The notes beneath the pieces were generated by a model. The model was not told where the DNA came from and did no database searches. It was given only the letters and a program-made list of their open reading frames with translations. Source: an uncultured virus (IMG/VR IMGVR_UViG_3300042292_001068) (taxonomy: Duplodnaviria; Heunggongvirae; Uroviricota; Caudoviricetes). From it: a DNA stretch of 64,000 bases. This document shows, piece by piece, positions 18,798-26,987 of this stretch. The position numbers and the translations under genes are program-made. The stretch lies in IMG/VR virus record IMGVR_UViG_3300042292_001068; one strand, written 5' to 3'. Within the stretch, counting starts at the first letter, position 1; every line of letters starts with the position of its first letter.

Positions 18798-19591
18798 GTT
18801 TCAAAGTAATAAAAAAAGGCGATAGAAATGATTTAGTTGGAGATTGGCAAAGTTTCCTTCGTGGAGAAGAAATATATTTAGGTGCGATTGACGATGATTT
18901 CGGAAATGCTACCGATTTAGCAACAAAACAATTTCAAAAAAAATATGGTTTAACTGACGATGGTATCGTTGGTAATTCTACATATAAAAAAGCCATTGAA
19001 TTAGGTTTTAATCAAGAACAAGTAATTATTTCTGTAACAGATAATTCAAATGTTCCACTTAAACCCAATTTCTTACCAATTACAGGTAATTCAACAAGGG
19101 AAAAATTATTCGGTAAATTCGCATATAAACCATCACCAACAAAACAAAATCCCGAAGGAATAGTAATTACGGATGATTGGGCGAAAAAAAATATAATCAA
19201 AGTAAATTTACCTGCTTTGGCATTAGCAACAAATGGTGCATCTAAATCAATGATGTGGCATAAGGAATGTGAATACCAACTTGTCAAATTATTTGAAAGG
19301 TTGGAAAAAGAAAATCTACATACAAGAATTTTATCTTATGCAGGTGCTTTTTATCCCCGATTTATTCGTGGTAGTAGAACACAATTAAGTAATCATTCTT
19401 GGGGTACTGCTTTTGATATTAATGTTCCGTACAATGGACTTGGTAAAATACCTGCTATGATTGGTCAAAAAGGTTGTGTTCGTGAATTAGTTCAGATAGC
19501 AAATGAATGTGGCTTTTATTGGGGTGGTCATTTTACAAGAAAAGATGGTATGCACTTCGAGATTGCCAAAATAATAAATAGCAATTTATAA
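18794..19591 (+). CDS. Endolysin: PG-binding domain plus M15 family peptidase
   Basis: DDDFGNAT..ATKQFQKKYGLTDDGIVG; SNHSWGTAFDIN; DGMHFE. Confidence 0.85.
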   Translation: MSFKVIKKGDRNDLVGDWQSFLRGEEIYLGAIDDDFGNATDLATKQFQKKYGLTDDGIVGNSTYKKAIELGFNQEQVIISVTDNSNVPLKPNFLPITGNSTREKLFGKFAYKPSPTKQNPEGIVITDDWAKKNIIKVNLPALALATNGASKSMMWHKECEYQLVKLFERLEKENLHTRILSYAGAFYPRFIRGSRTQLSNHSWGTAFDINVPYNGLGKIPAMIGQKGCVRELVQIANECGFYWGGHFTRKDGMHFEIAKIINSNL

Positions 19592-19595
19592 CAAA

Positions 19596-19925
19596 ATGAA
19601 TAAGACAACAAAAATAATTTTGGGTGTTGCCGTTCCATTAGCAGTATTCGGTGGATATTGGTTCATTATTAGAAATCGTGAGCCATTTCTCAATTTAGAG
19701 GAAACTGATTGGCTTGATAATATAGCCGTAATTAAGTTTGGAAGAAATAGTAAATCTGTTGCACTTGGCAATAGTGGAGAAATGAACGCAGGTTCTACTT
19801 ATTCAGATAAATATAAACTTGAATTTAAGACAGATAAGAACCTTATGTTGTTTTATGTAAAAGACAAGGATGGTAATTTGATTGATAAACAAACACTTGA
19901 TTTTGGTGCTAAAATTAGATATTGA
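19596..19925 (+). CDS. Signal-anchor hypothetical protein
   Basis: N-terminal TM. Confidence 0.6.
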   Translation: MNKTTKIILGVAVPLAVFGGYWFIIRNREPFLNLEETDWLDNIAVIKFGRNSKSVALGNSGEMNAGSTYSDKYKLEFKTDKNLMLFYVKDKDGNLIDKQTLDFGAKIRY

Positions 19926-20068
19926 TGGAAGATTTATTAAAAAAAATTAACATAAAAAAAGTAGGTAATATTAGTTTGCTTGTTTCAGCAGTTATAATTA
20001 CTTATTATGGGTTAAGTACCTACAAAACATATTTAGAAATTAAAAATATTAAAAAGGATGCTAACTAA
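19925..20068 (+). CDS. Small single-TM protein (47 aa, not in ORF track)
   Basis: MEDLLKKINIKKVGNISLLVSAVIITYYGLSTYKTYLEIKNIKKDAN; TGATG coupling to the previous gene. Confidence 0.6.
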   Translation: MEDLLKKINIKKVGNISLLVSAVIITYYGLSTYKTYLEIKNIKKDAN

Positions 20069-20378
20069 TTTAACATTTGAATATGTATTACTTGCCTTTT
20101 TAGGTATGTTCATACATATTCTTATTCACATATTAAATAGGAAAAACAAAAGTATTCCTATTTCATTCGGTTATTTTATTTCCGATGTAGATAATTGGAT
20201 TCGTCTAATTTTATCTATTGTTTCAATTTTTGCTTTACTGATGATGTCAGAAAGTTTAAGTGATATGTTCGGTATTAAGTTAAGTGATGGTTCTTCTGCA
20301 AGGGATGTATTCGCATTTATTACAGGTTATTTGAATCACTCAATAATTAAAAATGTACTACGAATTTTAAAGAAGTGA
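20058..20378 (+). CDS. Multi-TM protein, holin candidate
   Basis: 2-3 TMs in 106 aa, basic C-terminus, located among hydrolase genes. Confidence 0.5.
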   Translation: MLTNLTFEYVLLAFLGMFIHILIHILNRKNKSIPISFGYFISDVDNWIRLILSIVSIFALLMMSESLSDMFGIKLSDGSSARDVFAFITGYLNHSIIKNVLRILKK

Positions 20379-21046
20379 ATGATAAGGTAAAAGTATGGGG
20401 AATATTAGGGGGTGTAAGTTTATTAACTATATCCTTGATATACCTATTCTCAAAACCTAAAAAACAGAAAAGTAGTTCGTTTAAAAAGAAATTAGTCAAT
20501 TTAGCCAACGAAGAATTTGATGCGTGGAATAATAACGGCAGAATAAAAGAAGGAAGCCAAGATACCTTGCCGAGATTGAGAAAGTATTGGGAAGAAGGTG
20601 CAGGTGTAAAAAAGAATGATAATTACTACATAAATGAAGCGTGGTCGTCAGCATTTATATCTTATTTAATGAGAATAGCAGGTGCAGGTGATGATTTCAA
20701 ATACGCACAATCACATTCTCAATATATTGCACAAGCCGTAAAAAACCGAAAGGAAAATAATTCTAAAAAATTCAAAGCATATAAACCTAATGAAGTCGAA
20801 GTTAAAGTAGGTGATTTAGTATGCTATCCAAGACAATCGGGAGTTGGCTATGATTCGGGTGCAGGTTATAAGTCGCATTGTGATTTAATTACTTCGATTG
20901 ATGATAATATTGCCGTTGGAATTGGTGGTAATGTAAGTGATTCTGTTTCCAAAAAGAATTATCCATTGAAAGATGGTAAGATAGACAAATCAAAAGATAC
21001 AAAGGATTATGGTGGTATTTTTGTAGTTATTAAAAACGAGAAGTAA
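20375..21046 (+). CDS. TM-anchored DUF2272/CHAP-like cell-wall amidase
   Basis: AWSSAFISY, HSQYI, GDLVC, SHCD, IGGNVSDSV. Confidence 0.7.
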   Translation: MNDKVKVWGILGGVSLLTISLIYLFSKPKKQKSSSFKKKLVNLANEEFDAWNNNGRIKEGSQDTLPRLRKYWEEGAGVKKNDNYYINEAWSSAFISYLMRIAGAGDDFKYAQSHSQYIAQAVKNRKENNSKKFKAYKPNEVEVKVGDLVCYPRQSGVGYDSGAGYKSHCDLITSIDDNIAVGIGGNVSDSVSKKNYPLKDGKIDKSKDTKDYGGIFVVIKNEK

Positions 21047-21861
21047 TGGCTATAAAAGTAGATATTGATAAATTGATTTCTGAATACAAGAAAGGTGGTC
21101 ATAAAACTAATTTCCCCGATTCTTTGAAAAAAGTTTTAGAATACGCAAGAACTGATAAAAACTTAACGGATGTTTCAGATTTAGCATATTTACTTGCTAC
21201 TGCAAAAATAGAAAGTGATTATTCTTTGCAGAGGTGGGAAGCCGATTTTAGTTGTGGATTACAAGGTAAGCCATACAAAGATAAACCTTGCGATAGTGCA
21301 TTAAACTACTATCGTAGCACCAAAGATGGAAAACTCAATTACTATACATTAGGTACAGATAAAAATGGATTGCCTTATTTTGGTCGTGGATTAATTCAAT
21401 TAACAGGAAAATCAAATTATCAAAAATATGGAGATTTAATTGGAGTTGATTTGGTAAATGATGGAGATAAGGCGTTAGAGCCGAAAAATTCATATTTAAT
21501 TGCTTCATCATTTCTTTCTAATAAAAGAGGTGGTATTTATGAAAAAAATGGCGTTAAACGAAATACTTTTGATTTAGCGAGAGATAATGATTTATCACTT
21601 GCGAGAAAGAGTGTAAATGGTGGCACTAAAAAATTGAGTGAAGTAAATACGGCTTACGGATTTTGGAAAAACCTGTTAAAAAAGAATGATGCAAAAGTTG
21701 TTAGTGGAAGTGATACAGGTGGTAAAAGTAATACAAGATTATGGTTAGGTATAGGTTTATCTGTTATTACAATCGGTGTAACAGGAACGCTAATTTATAT
21801 GTATTTGAAAAAGAACAATAAATTGCCTAATTTTATCAAAAATATAAAACTAAAAAAATAG
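21046..21861 (+). CDS. GH19 lysozyme/chitinase-like protein with C-terminal TM
   Basis: AYLLATAKIES, YFGRGLIQLTGKSNY, ARKSVNGG. Confidence 0.8.
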   Translation: MAIKVDIDKLISEYKKGGHKTNFPDSLKKVLEYARTDKNLTDVSDLAYLLATAKIESDYSLQRWEADFSCGLQGKPYKDKPCDSALNYYRSTKDGKLNYYTLGTDKNGLPYFGRGLIQLTGKSNYQKYGDLIGVDLVNDGDKALEPKNSYLIASSFLSNKRGGIYEKNGVKRNTFDLARDNDLSLARKSVNGGTKKLSEVNTAYGFWKNLLKKNDAKVVSGSDTGGKSNTRLWLGIGLSVITIGVTGTLIYMYLKKNNKLPNFIKNIKLKK

Positions 21862-21865
21862 AAAT

Positions 21866-22033
21866 ATGAAAAATTTAATGACAAAAGAAAACTTGATGTT
21901 TGCAGGTATTGGATTAGCAACTGCTTATGTTGTTTATATGGTTCTTGTTAATCGTGAGAAAGCAAGTGCAACAACAAAACCTGCAACAAAATCAGCAGAC
22001 GAAACTTCTTCGTTTTGTGGATGTGGTGCATAA
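21866..22033 (+). CDS. Small single-TM protein ending SSFCGCGA (55 aa, not in ORF track)
   Basis: MKNLMTKENLMFAGIGLATAYVVYMVLVNREK...ETSSFCGCGA. Confidence 0.65.
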   Translation: MKNLMTKENLMFAGIGLATAYVVYMVLVNREKASATTKPATKSADETSSFCGCGA

Positions 22034-22042
22034 TTCAATTTT

Positions 22043-22432
22043 ATGGACATATTCGAGGATTTTTTAGGTTCAGAAAACCGAAATGTAAACAATGATTACA
22101 TTTACCCAAAAGCAGGGATAAATGCAAATCGTTATGTTAAAAAAGCAATTCAAGAATTTAGAAGATTGCCTAATAATGTGAAAGAGCAAAAACCTTTGCT
22201 TTATTGGTTACTTGGTTCGGGAACGCCACCATATAAAATGTCAAAGAAAGATAGCGATTATCAAGGTAAACCTTATCGTGGACAAAATTGTGGTAATTGT
22301 AGATTTACATTTATGCGTTGGGTAAATAAAGAGTTAATATGTTCTCAAATTCAAGGGAATATAGAACTTGACCATTGGTGTAAATTATGGGTTGGTAGTG
22401 ATAATGTTATCCCACCACCTAACAAGGATTAA
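22043..22432 (+). CDS. HiPIP-like 4-Cys domain protein
   Basis: YQGKP..GQNCGNCRF...CSQIQG.IE..HWCKLW. Confidence 0.55.
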   Translation: MDIFEDFLGSENRNVNNDYIYPKAGINANRYVKKAIQEFRRLPNNVKEQKPLLYWLLGSGTPPYKMSKKDSDYQGKPYRGQNCGNCRFTFMRWVNKELICSQIQGNIELDHWCKLWVGSDNVIPPPNKD

Positions 22433-22434
22433 TT

Positions 22435-22725
22435 ATGTATAAAATAACTGCCTATACAAAGTCAAAAGCCAAAAAAATAGGTGTCAATGTAAGACCGAGC
22501 AAAACGGCAGGTAAGAAAATTGATGTTTATAAAAATGGAACTAAATTGGCGAGTATAGGTGGTATTGGATATAATGATTACCCTACTTATTTGGAATTAG
22601 AGAAAAAAGGTAAAGTGCCAAAAGGAACTGCAAAAGAAAGAAGAAGATTATATAAGATTAGGCACACGAAAGATAGAAAACAATTATATTCAAATGGTTG
22701 GTATGCCGACCAATTATTATGGTAA
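22435..22725 (+). CDS. Basic protein, DUF5754-like
   Basis: KKIDVY...SIGGIGYNDYPTY...RRRLYKIRH.KD...GWYADQLLW. Confidence 0.55.
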   Translation: MYKITAYTKSKAKKIGVNVRPSKTAGKKIDVYKNGTKLASIGGIGYNDYPTYLELEKKGKVPKGTAKERRRLYKIRHTKDRKQLYSNGWYADQLLW

Positions 22726-22736
22726 TTATGGTAATT

Positions 22737-22889
22737 ATGGAAAATGAGGAAAAAAAATTAAGTGATAGGATTGATAACATTGATTGGAGTAAGTTATTAA
22801 CTTGGACAACGATTATTTCTATTACTGCTATTGCATACTATGGTTTAGGTGCTATAAAGCATTTTAAAGAAATTAAAAATTTGAAGTAA
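22737..22889 (+). CDS. Small single-TM protein
   Basis: ...AYYGLGAIKHFKEIKNLK, similar to 19925; start revised to MENEEK. Confidence 0.55.
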   Translation: MENEEKKLSDRIDNIDWSKLLTWTTIISITAIAYYGLGAIKHFKEIKNLK

Positions 22890-22899
22890 AAATTTAATA

Positions 22900-23445
22900 T
22901 TGAATAAAAAACAAATATATATTGTTGCAGGTATAGGTGGTGCAGTAGTAACTGCCTTGCTCATTATATTATTAATTAAAAAAAGGAGAAAGAAAATGTC
23001 AGTAATTGTTAAGGGTGGATATGTTGTTCCGAAAGGAACGCCAAATATGGGCGATGCTTTACATAGTTTTGAAAGTAGAAAATCTGATGGTTTTGGTGGT
23101 AAAATGTCCACTAAAATTAGAGAAGCATTAATGAAAATGTATAATGATGGAATTAATCCCGAAGTTACCGACTTAAAAGTAAATGTGGATTCTAAAAAAT
23201 ACGAAGTAACTTGGGAAGCGAAATTAGAGCCGAGCAAAGATGGTAAAGCATATATAGGTTTTGTTACGAGAGGTTCAGCAGGTAGTGGTGCAGATGCAAG
23301 GGCATTAGGTCAAATAGATAAGATGAAAGAACAAGTAGGTGGCGAAGATTATAAAGTTGTTCTTGATTTTAAAAATCCGACAGGTATTTATATTCGTCAA
23401 TTCTTTTATACATACACAAAACCGAAGGACTTTCCAAAGCATTAA
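22900..23445 (+). CDS. Signal-anchor hypothetical protein
   Basis: TTG start; TM followed by KKRRKK. Confidence 0.6.
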   Translation: MNKKQIYIVAGIGGAVVTALLIILLIKKRRKKMSVIVKGGYVVPKGTPNMGDALHSFESRKSDGFGGKMSTKIREALMKMYNDGINPEVTDLKVNVDSKKYEVTWEAKLEPSKDGKAYIGFVTRGSAGSGADARALGQIDKMKEQVGGEDYKVVLDFKNPTGIYIRQFFYTYTKPKDFPKH

Positions 23446-23484
23446 AAAATAAGTAAATTAATAAACAAATAAAAAATAGAAATT

Positions 23485-23613
23485 ATGGCAAATGAGTATT
23501 TTACAAAAATGAACAAGGCACGAAAAGAAGGTGCGAAATCATTTACTTACAATGGTAAAACCTATGTAGCAACAAAGACAAAAACAGGAATGATTGTCTA
23601 TAAGCAAAAATAA
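23485..23613 (+). CDS. Small basic protein (42 aa, not in ORF track)
   Basis: MANEYFTKMNKARKEGAKSFTYNGKTYVATKTKTGMIVYKQK; A-rich leader. Confidence 0.6.
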   Translation: MANEYFTKMNKARKEGAKSFTYNGKTYVATKTKTGMIVYKQK

Positions 23614-23614
23614 T

Positions 23615-23947
23615 ATGGAAGATTTACCATATAAATTAGGTACAATAAAACTCACTTGGATTGACCCAAATGATTATACCATTTTAGAATCTAAAATGTT
23701 TGATTCGGTAGAAGAAGCAATTAAAAATATACCGACAAACATTAAGAAAAATGAGTTTATGATTTTCAAATTAGTTAAGTCCGATGGATTGGCTTATGAA
23801 TGGAAATTATTGCCTTATGGAAACCATAATGATTTCGTTAGGAGTATGGAGTTTAGAGATAATAAACTTTACTACTATGGAAGTATGGGATTAGGTGTTT
23901 TAGGTGCGTTTTATTTACTTAAATTATTATTTTTTTCAAACAAATAA
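23615..23947 (+). CDS. Hypothetical protein with C-terminal TM
   Basis: Start revised to MEDLPYK; YYYGSMGLGVLGAFYLLKLLFF. Confidence 0.6.
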   Translation: MEDLPYKLGTIKLTWIDPNDYTILESKMFDSVEEAIKNIPTNIKKNEFMIFKLVKSDGLAYEWKLLPYGNHNDFVRSMEFRDNKLYYYGSMGLGVLGAFYLLKLLFFSNK

Positions 23948-23949
23948 TT

Positions 23950-24450
23950 ATGGCTTTAAGCAAAACAACAAAAATAGTATTGGTAGTCGGTGGGATAATC
24001 CTTATCGCAGGTGTTGGTGCATATATTTATATGAACCGAAGAAAACCACAAAAGGTAGAAGAAAATACCGATGAAGTTCTCGCTGATGTGTTTGATAATT
24101 TGAATTTTGAATTTGGTAAAGCCGATATTAAAAAAGATAGTTATCCCTATTTGGACAAATTAGCAGATACTTTGAATAAAGCAAAAAATTGGACTTTGGA
24201 AATTCAAGGACATACTGACGATAAAGGTGGGGATGATTTTAATATGAAATTATCACAAGGTCGTGCTGATTCAGTTAAAAACTATTTGATTACGAAAGGC
24301 GTATTGCTTGATTCAATAACGGCAAAAGGATTTGGTGAAAGTAAACCACTTGTTGCAAACGATAGCGATGCTAATAGAGAGAAGAATAGACGAGTTGAAT
24401 TTAAGATAACAAAACCAAATAATCAAGTAGTAACTACGATTGCTCAATAA
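23950..24450 (+). CDS. TM-anchored OmpA-like peptidoglycan-binding domain protein
   Basis: LNFEFGKADI, IQGHTDDKG, N.KLSQGRADSV, G.GESKPL, NRRVEF. Confidence 0.9.
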   Translation: MALSKTTKIVLVVGGIILIAGVGAYIYMNRRKPQKVEENTDEVLADVFDNLNFEFGKADIKKDSYPYLDKLADTLNKAKNWTLEIQGHTDDKGGDDFNMKLSQGRADSVKNYLITKGVLLDSITAKGFGESKPLVANDSDANREKNRRVEFKITKPNNQVVTTIAQ

Positions 24451-24482
24451 TTATTTATTGACAAATCTAAAATTGATTTTTA

Positions 24483-25106
24483 ATGAATAATATTAATCCG
24501 ATTTCAAATAAAAATCTTTGGATTGTCATATTAGTTGGTGTTAGTATATCCGTAGTAGCAGGTTTGCTTATTACCAAAAAATTAATTTTAGGTGGTTCAT
24601 CAAAAGATTATAGCAAGTATTTCAATAATAAATACAGATGGTATAAAGATGAACATACCCGAAGTATCGTAAATAAATTGCATCCAAATTATCGTGGCAA
24701 AATAGCAGAATTTTTCAGTAAGATTGAAGAAGAACTTGGTTTCACGGCATACGCTACAAGTGGTTACAGAACTTTTAAAGAACAAGAAGCGTTGTATCAA
24801 CAAAATAGCAATAATGCAAAGGCAGGTCATTCAAGTCATAATTTTGGTTATGCGATTGATATGAATGTGAAAAATAAAGATGGTAATATCTTTTTGAAGA
24901 AAGCAGATACAAGTAAGAAGTGGCGAGATAGTGGTGTAGTGCCGTTATCAGAAAAATTAGGTTTGCTTTGGGGTGGTGATGGAAACTTCGGTAGTTACCA
25001 CGACCCTGTGCATTTTTACATAAAGCCAAATGGTAAATCAACAGACCAATTAAGGGCATTAGTAAATGATGGTAAGGTTGATGATAGTGGTTATGTATTA
25101 GTTTAA
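24483..25106 (+). CDS. TM-anchored M15 family peptidase
   Basis: SGYRT..EQ.ALY, SSHNFGYAIDM, WGG, DPVHF. Confidence 0.8.
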   Translation: MNNINPISNKNLWIVILVGVSISVVAGLLITKKLILGGSSKDYSKYFNNKYRWYKDEHTRSIVNKLHPNYRGKIAEFFSKIEEELGFTAYATSGYRTFKEQEALYQQNSNNAKAGHSSHNFGYAIDMNVKNKDGNIFLKKADTSKKWRDSGVVPLSEKLGLLWGGDGNFGSYHDPVHFYIKPNGKSTDQLRALVNDGKVDDSGYVLV

Positions 25107-25111
25107 TTATT

Positions 25112-25624
25112 ATGAATAAAAAGTGGATTATTATTGGTGTTTTATCTGTGGCTATAATCGGCACATTAGGATATTTATATTATCGTAAAAATAAAAAAAC
25201 CAATAAGGACAAATCCAATTTAGAACCTGTAAAATTAGAGAAATCACCACAGGTAGATAATAAATCACAAGCAGTAAAAATTACCGAAAAAAAATTATCT
25301 CAATTTAATGAAACATTAAGTCATTATGAGTACAAGAATAATAGTTTGTACGATAAAGACACAGGTGGTAAGATAAGTGAAAATGCAGGTTGGGGAGTTT
25401 GGGGTTTGCTTAATCGAAATTACAATAGTTTGTTGAGTGGTGTAAATAATGATACAAGCATAAATAAAGAAACCAAAGAATATGCTCTTAATGTTTTGAA
25501 TGAATTAAAGAAAGTTTTGGATAAAACATTTCCACCCGAAATTTATAATACATCATCTAAATTATTTAAGAAATACAATCTTGATAAGATTAAAGAAAGT
25601 AATATATATAACGAAAAAGTATAA
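25112..25624 (+). CDS. Signal-anchor hypothetical protein
   Basis: N-terminal TM followed by YYRKNKK. Confidence 0.65.
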   Translation: MNKKWIIIGVLSVAIIGTLGYLYYRKNKKTNKDKSNLEPVKLEKSPQVDNKSQAVKITEKKLSQFNETLSHYEYKNNSLYDKDTGGKISENAGWGVWGLLNRNYNSLLSGVNNDTSINKETKEYALNVLNELKKVLDKTFPPEIYNTSSKLFKKYNLDKIKESNIYNEKV

Positions 25625-25626
25625 AA

Positions 25627-26004
25627 ATGGATTCATCAGAATTAAGGGCATTATCAAGTCGTAAAATAAGCGTAGCCGTGTTAATATGGGTTGTATTGAT
25701 ATTTCTTATGTTTTTAGTAAATCAATGCAGTAGCAACAATCAATTAAAGCGAGAAATTTCTAAAATTCGTAAAGAATTAAAAACAGATTACGAGGAACGA
25801 ATTAAAAAAAGAGAATTAATCATTCAGAGTTTACGCAAAGACAATCAATCAAAGAGAATGGAAATTGAAAGGATGAATAATAAAATTGATTCTTTGGATA
25901 AAGTAAAGAGGAAGATTCAAATTAAATATGTTGATAGAATACAGGAAATTAAAATAATGGATTCAGAAAAAATTAAAAACTATTGGAATGAAGAATTTAA
26001 TTAA
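25627..26004 (+). CDS. TM plus coiled-coil protein, spanin-like
   Basis: TM then long heptad region; overlaps the next gene. Confidence 0.45.
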   Translation: MDSSELRALSSRKISVAVLIWVVLIFLMFLVNQCSSNNQLKREISKIRKELKTDYEERIKKRELIIQSLRKDNQSKRMEIERMNNKIDSLDKVKRKIQIKYVDRIQEIKIMDSEKIKNYWNEEFN

Positions 26005-26422
26005 AACAATGATTTTTGTTTTTGCAATACAATTATGTTATGCTCAAACAATTAAGACATATCCTTCGGTTATTATACTTCAAAAAGATACTTTGGTTTG
26101 CTTTACTACTGAACAATCAAAACAAATTGCAGTTTGGAATGAGCAAAGAAAAGAGTGCGTTGAATTGAGAAAAAATGATAATCAGAAAATAAGTGAGTTA
26201 GAAAAAATAACAACTACTCAAACAGGTATTATTTCCAATTTAGAAAATGAGATTATTCAACATAAGAAAAACATCGAAGATAAAGATAAGTTAATCGGTG
26301 TCTGCGAAGATGAAAAGAAATCCTTGACAAAAGAAATCAGAAAACAAAAAAGGGGGAAATGGATTGCCATTTTAGGTGGCATAGGTGGTGTATTTATAAC
26401 CACGATGATTCTAACACTATAA
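25988..26422 (+). CDS. Signal peptide, coiled coil and C-terminal TM; possible spanin partner
   Basis: MKNLIK...CYAQ signal; C-terminal WIAILGGIGGVFITTMIL. Confidence 0.45.
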   Translation: MKNLIKTMIFVFAIQLCYAQTIKTYPSVIILQKDTLVCFTTEQSKQIAVWNEQRKECVELRKNDNQKISELEKITTTQTGIISNLENEIIQHKKNIEDKDKLIGVCEDEKKSLTKEIRKQKRGKWIAILGGIGGVFITTMILTL

Positions 26423-26455
26423 ATCTACCTTAATGCTCGTTACAGGTTAGATTAT

Positions 26456-26481
26456 CCCCCAATTCACATTGGGGGTTTTTT
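26456..26481 (+). terminator. Intrinsic terminator ending the + strand module
   Basis: cccccaat-tcac-attggggg followed by tttttt, between convergent genes. Confidence 0.75.
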
Positions 26482-26494
26482 ATTTATGGATATT

Positions 26495-26770
26495 TTACAA
26501 AGATTCAACTAACGGCATACTTTCTAATAGTGAATTGAAATTATTCACAATTTCACTTAATTCTTCATTCTTATTTTTCAAATAATCAATCTGCTCACGA
26601 AATTCAATTTTTTGTGTTTCCGAATAATCTTTGAAAAGATAAGTGGTTAGATACGATATTTTGTCTGCTAATTTCTTTCTTTCGCAAGTTATACCATTCA
26701 AAATAATCTGCACCATTTCGTAATCTAAATTCGTTATAACAAATTTGTTATCTTGAAATTGTAAATCCAT
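26495..26770 (-). CDS. Hypothetical protein
   Basis: ORF in tight operon. Confidence 0.55.
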   Translation of the reverse strand: MDLQFQDNKFVITNLDYEMVQIILNGITCERKKLADKISYLTTYLFKDYSETQKIEFREQIDYLKNKNEELSEIVNNFNSLLESMPLVESL

Positions 26771-26777
26771 AATTCAT

Positions 26778-26987
26778 TTATTTAGTTAATTCGGTTAAAT
26801 TAGTTTTCAATTCTTCACTTATTGCAATCAATAAATTAATCGTTGTATTATTTTGCTTTCCTCTCTCCAATTTACACACCCAATAATGTGTTACACCAAT
26901 TTTTTCAGCAAGTTCCTTTTGCGTAATCTTTGCTTTCAATCTATATCGTTTGATGTTTTCGCCTATTGTAATTAAATCATTTCCCAT
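26778..26987 (-). CDS. XRE/Cro-C1 HTH regulator
   Basis: IGENIKRYR...ITQKELAEKIGVT...VCKLERG. Confidence 0.85.
   Translation of the reverse strand: MGNDLITIGENIKRYRLKAKITQKELAEKIGVTHYWVCKLERGKQNNTTINLLIAISEELKTNLTELTK

Noticed and set aside
22716..22740. attatggta tandem repeated about three times at a gene junction
   Set aside because: Most likely local slippage around the stop/start; it only makes the start codon ambiguous.
2..25164. Minus-strand and alternate-frame ORFs over the + module (e.g. 2-607, 9062-9589, 13792-14160)
   Set aside because: Shadows of longer genes and repeats with no recognisable motifs.
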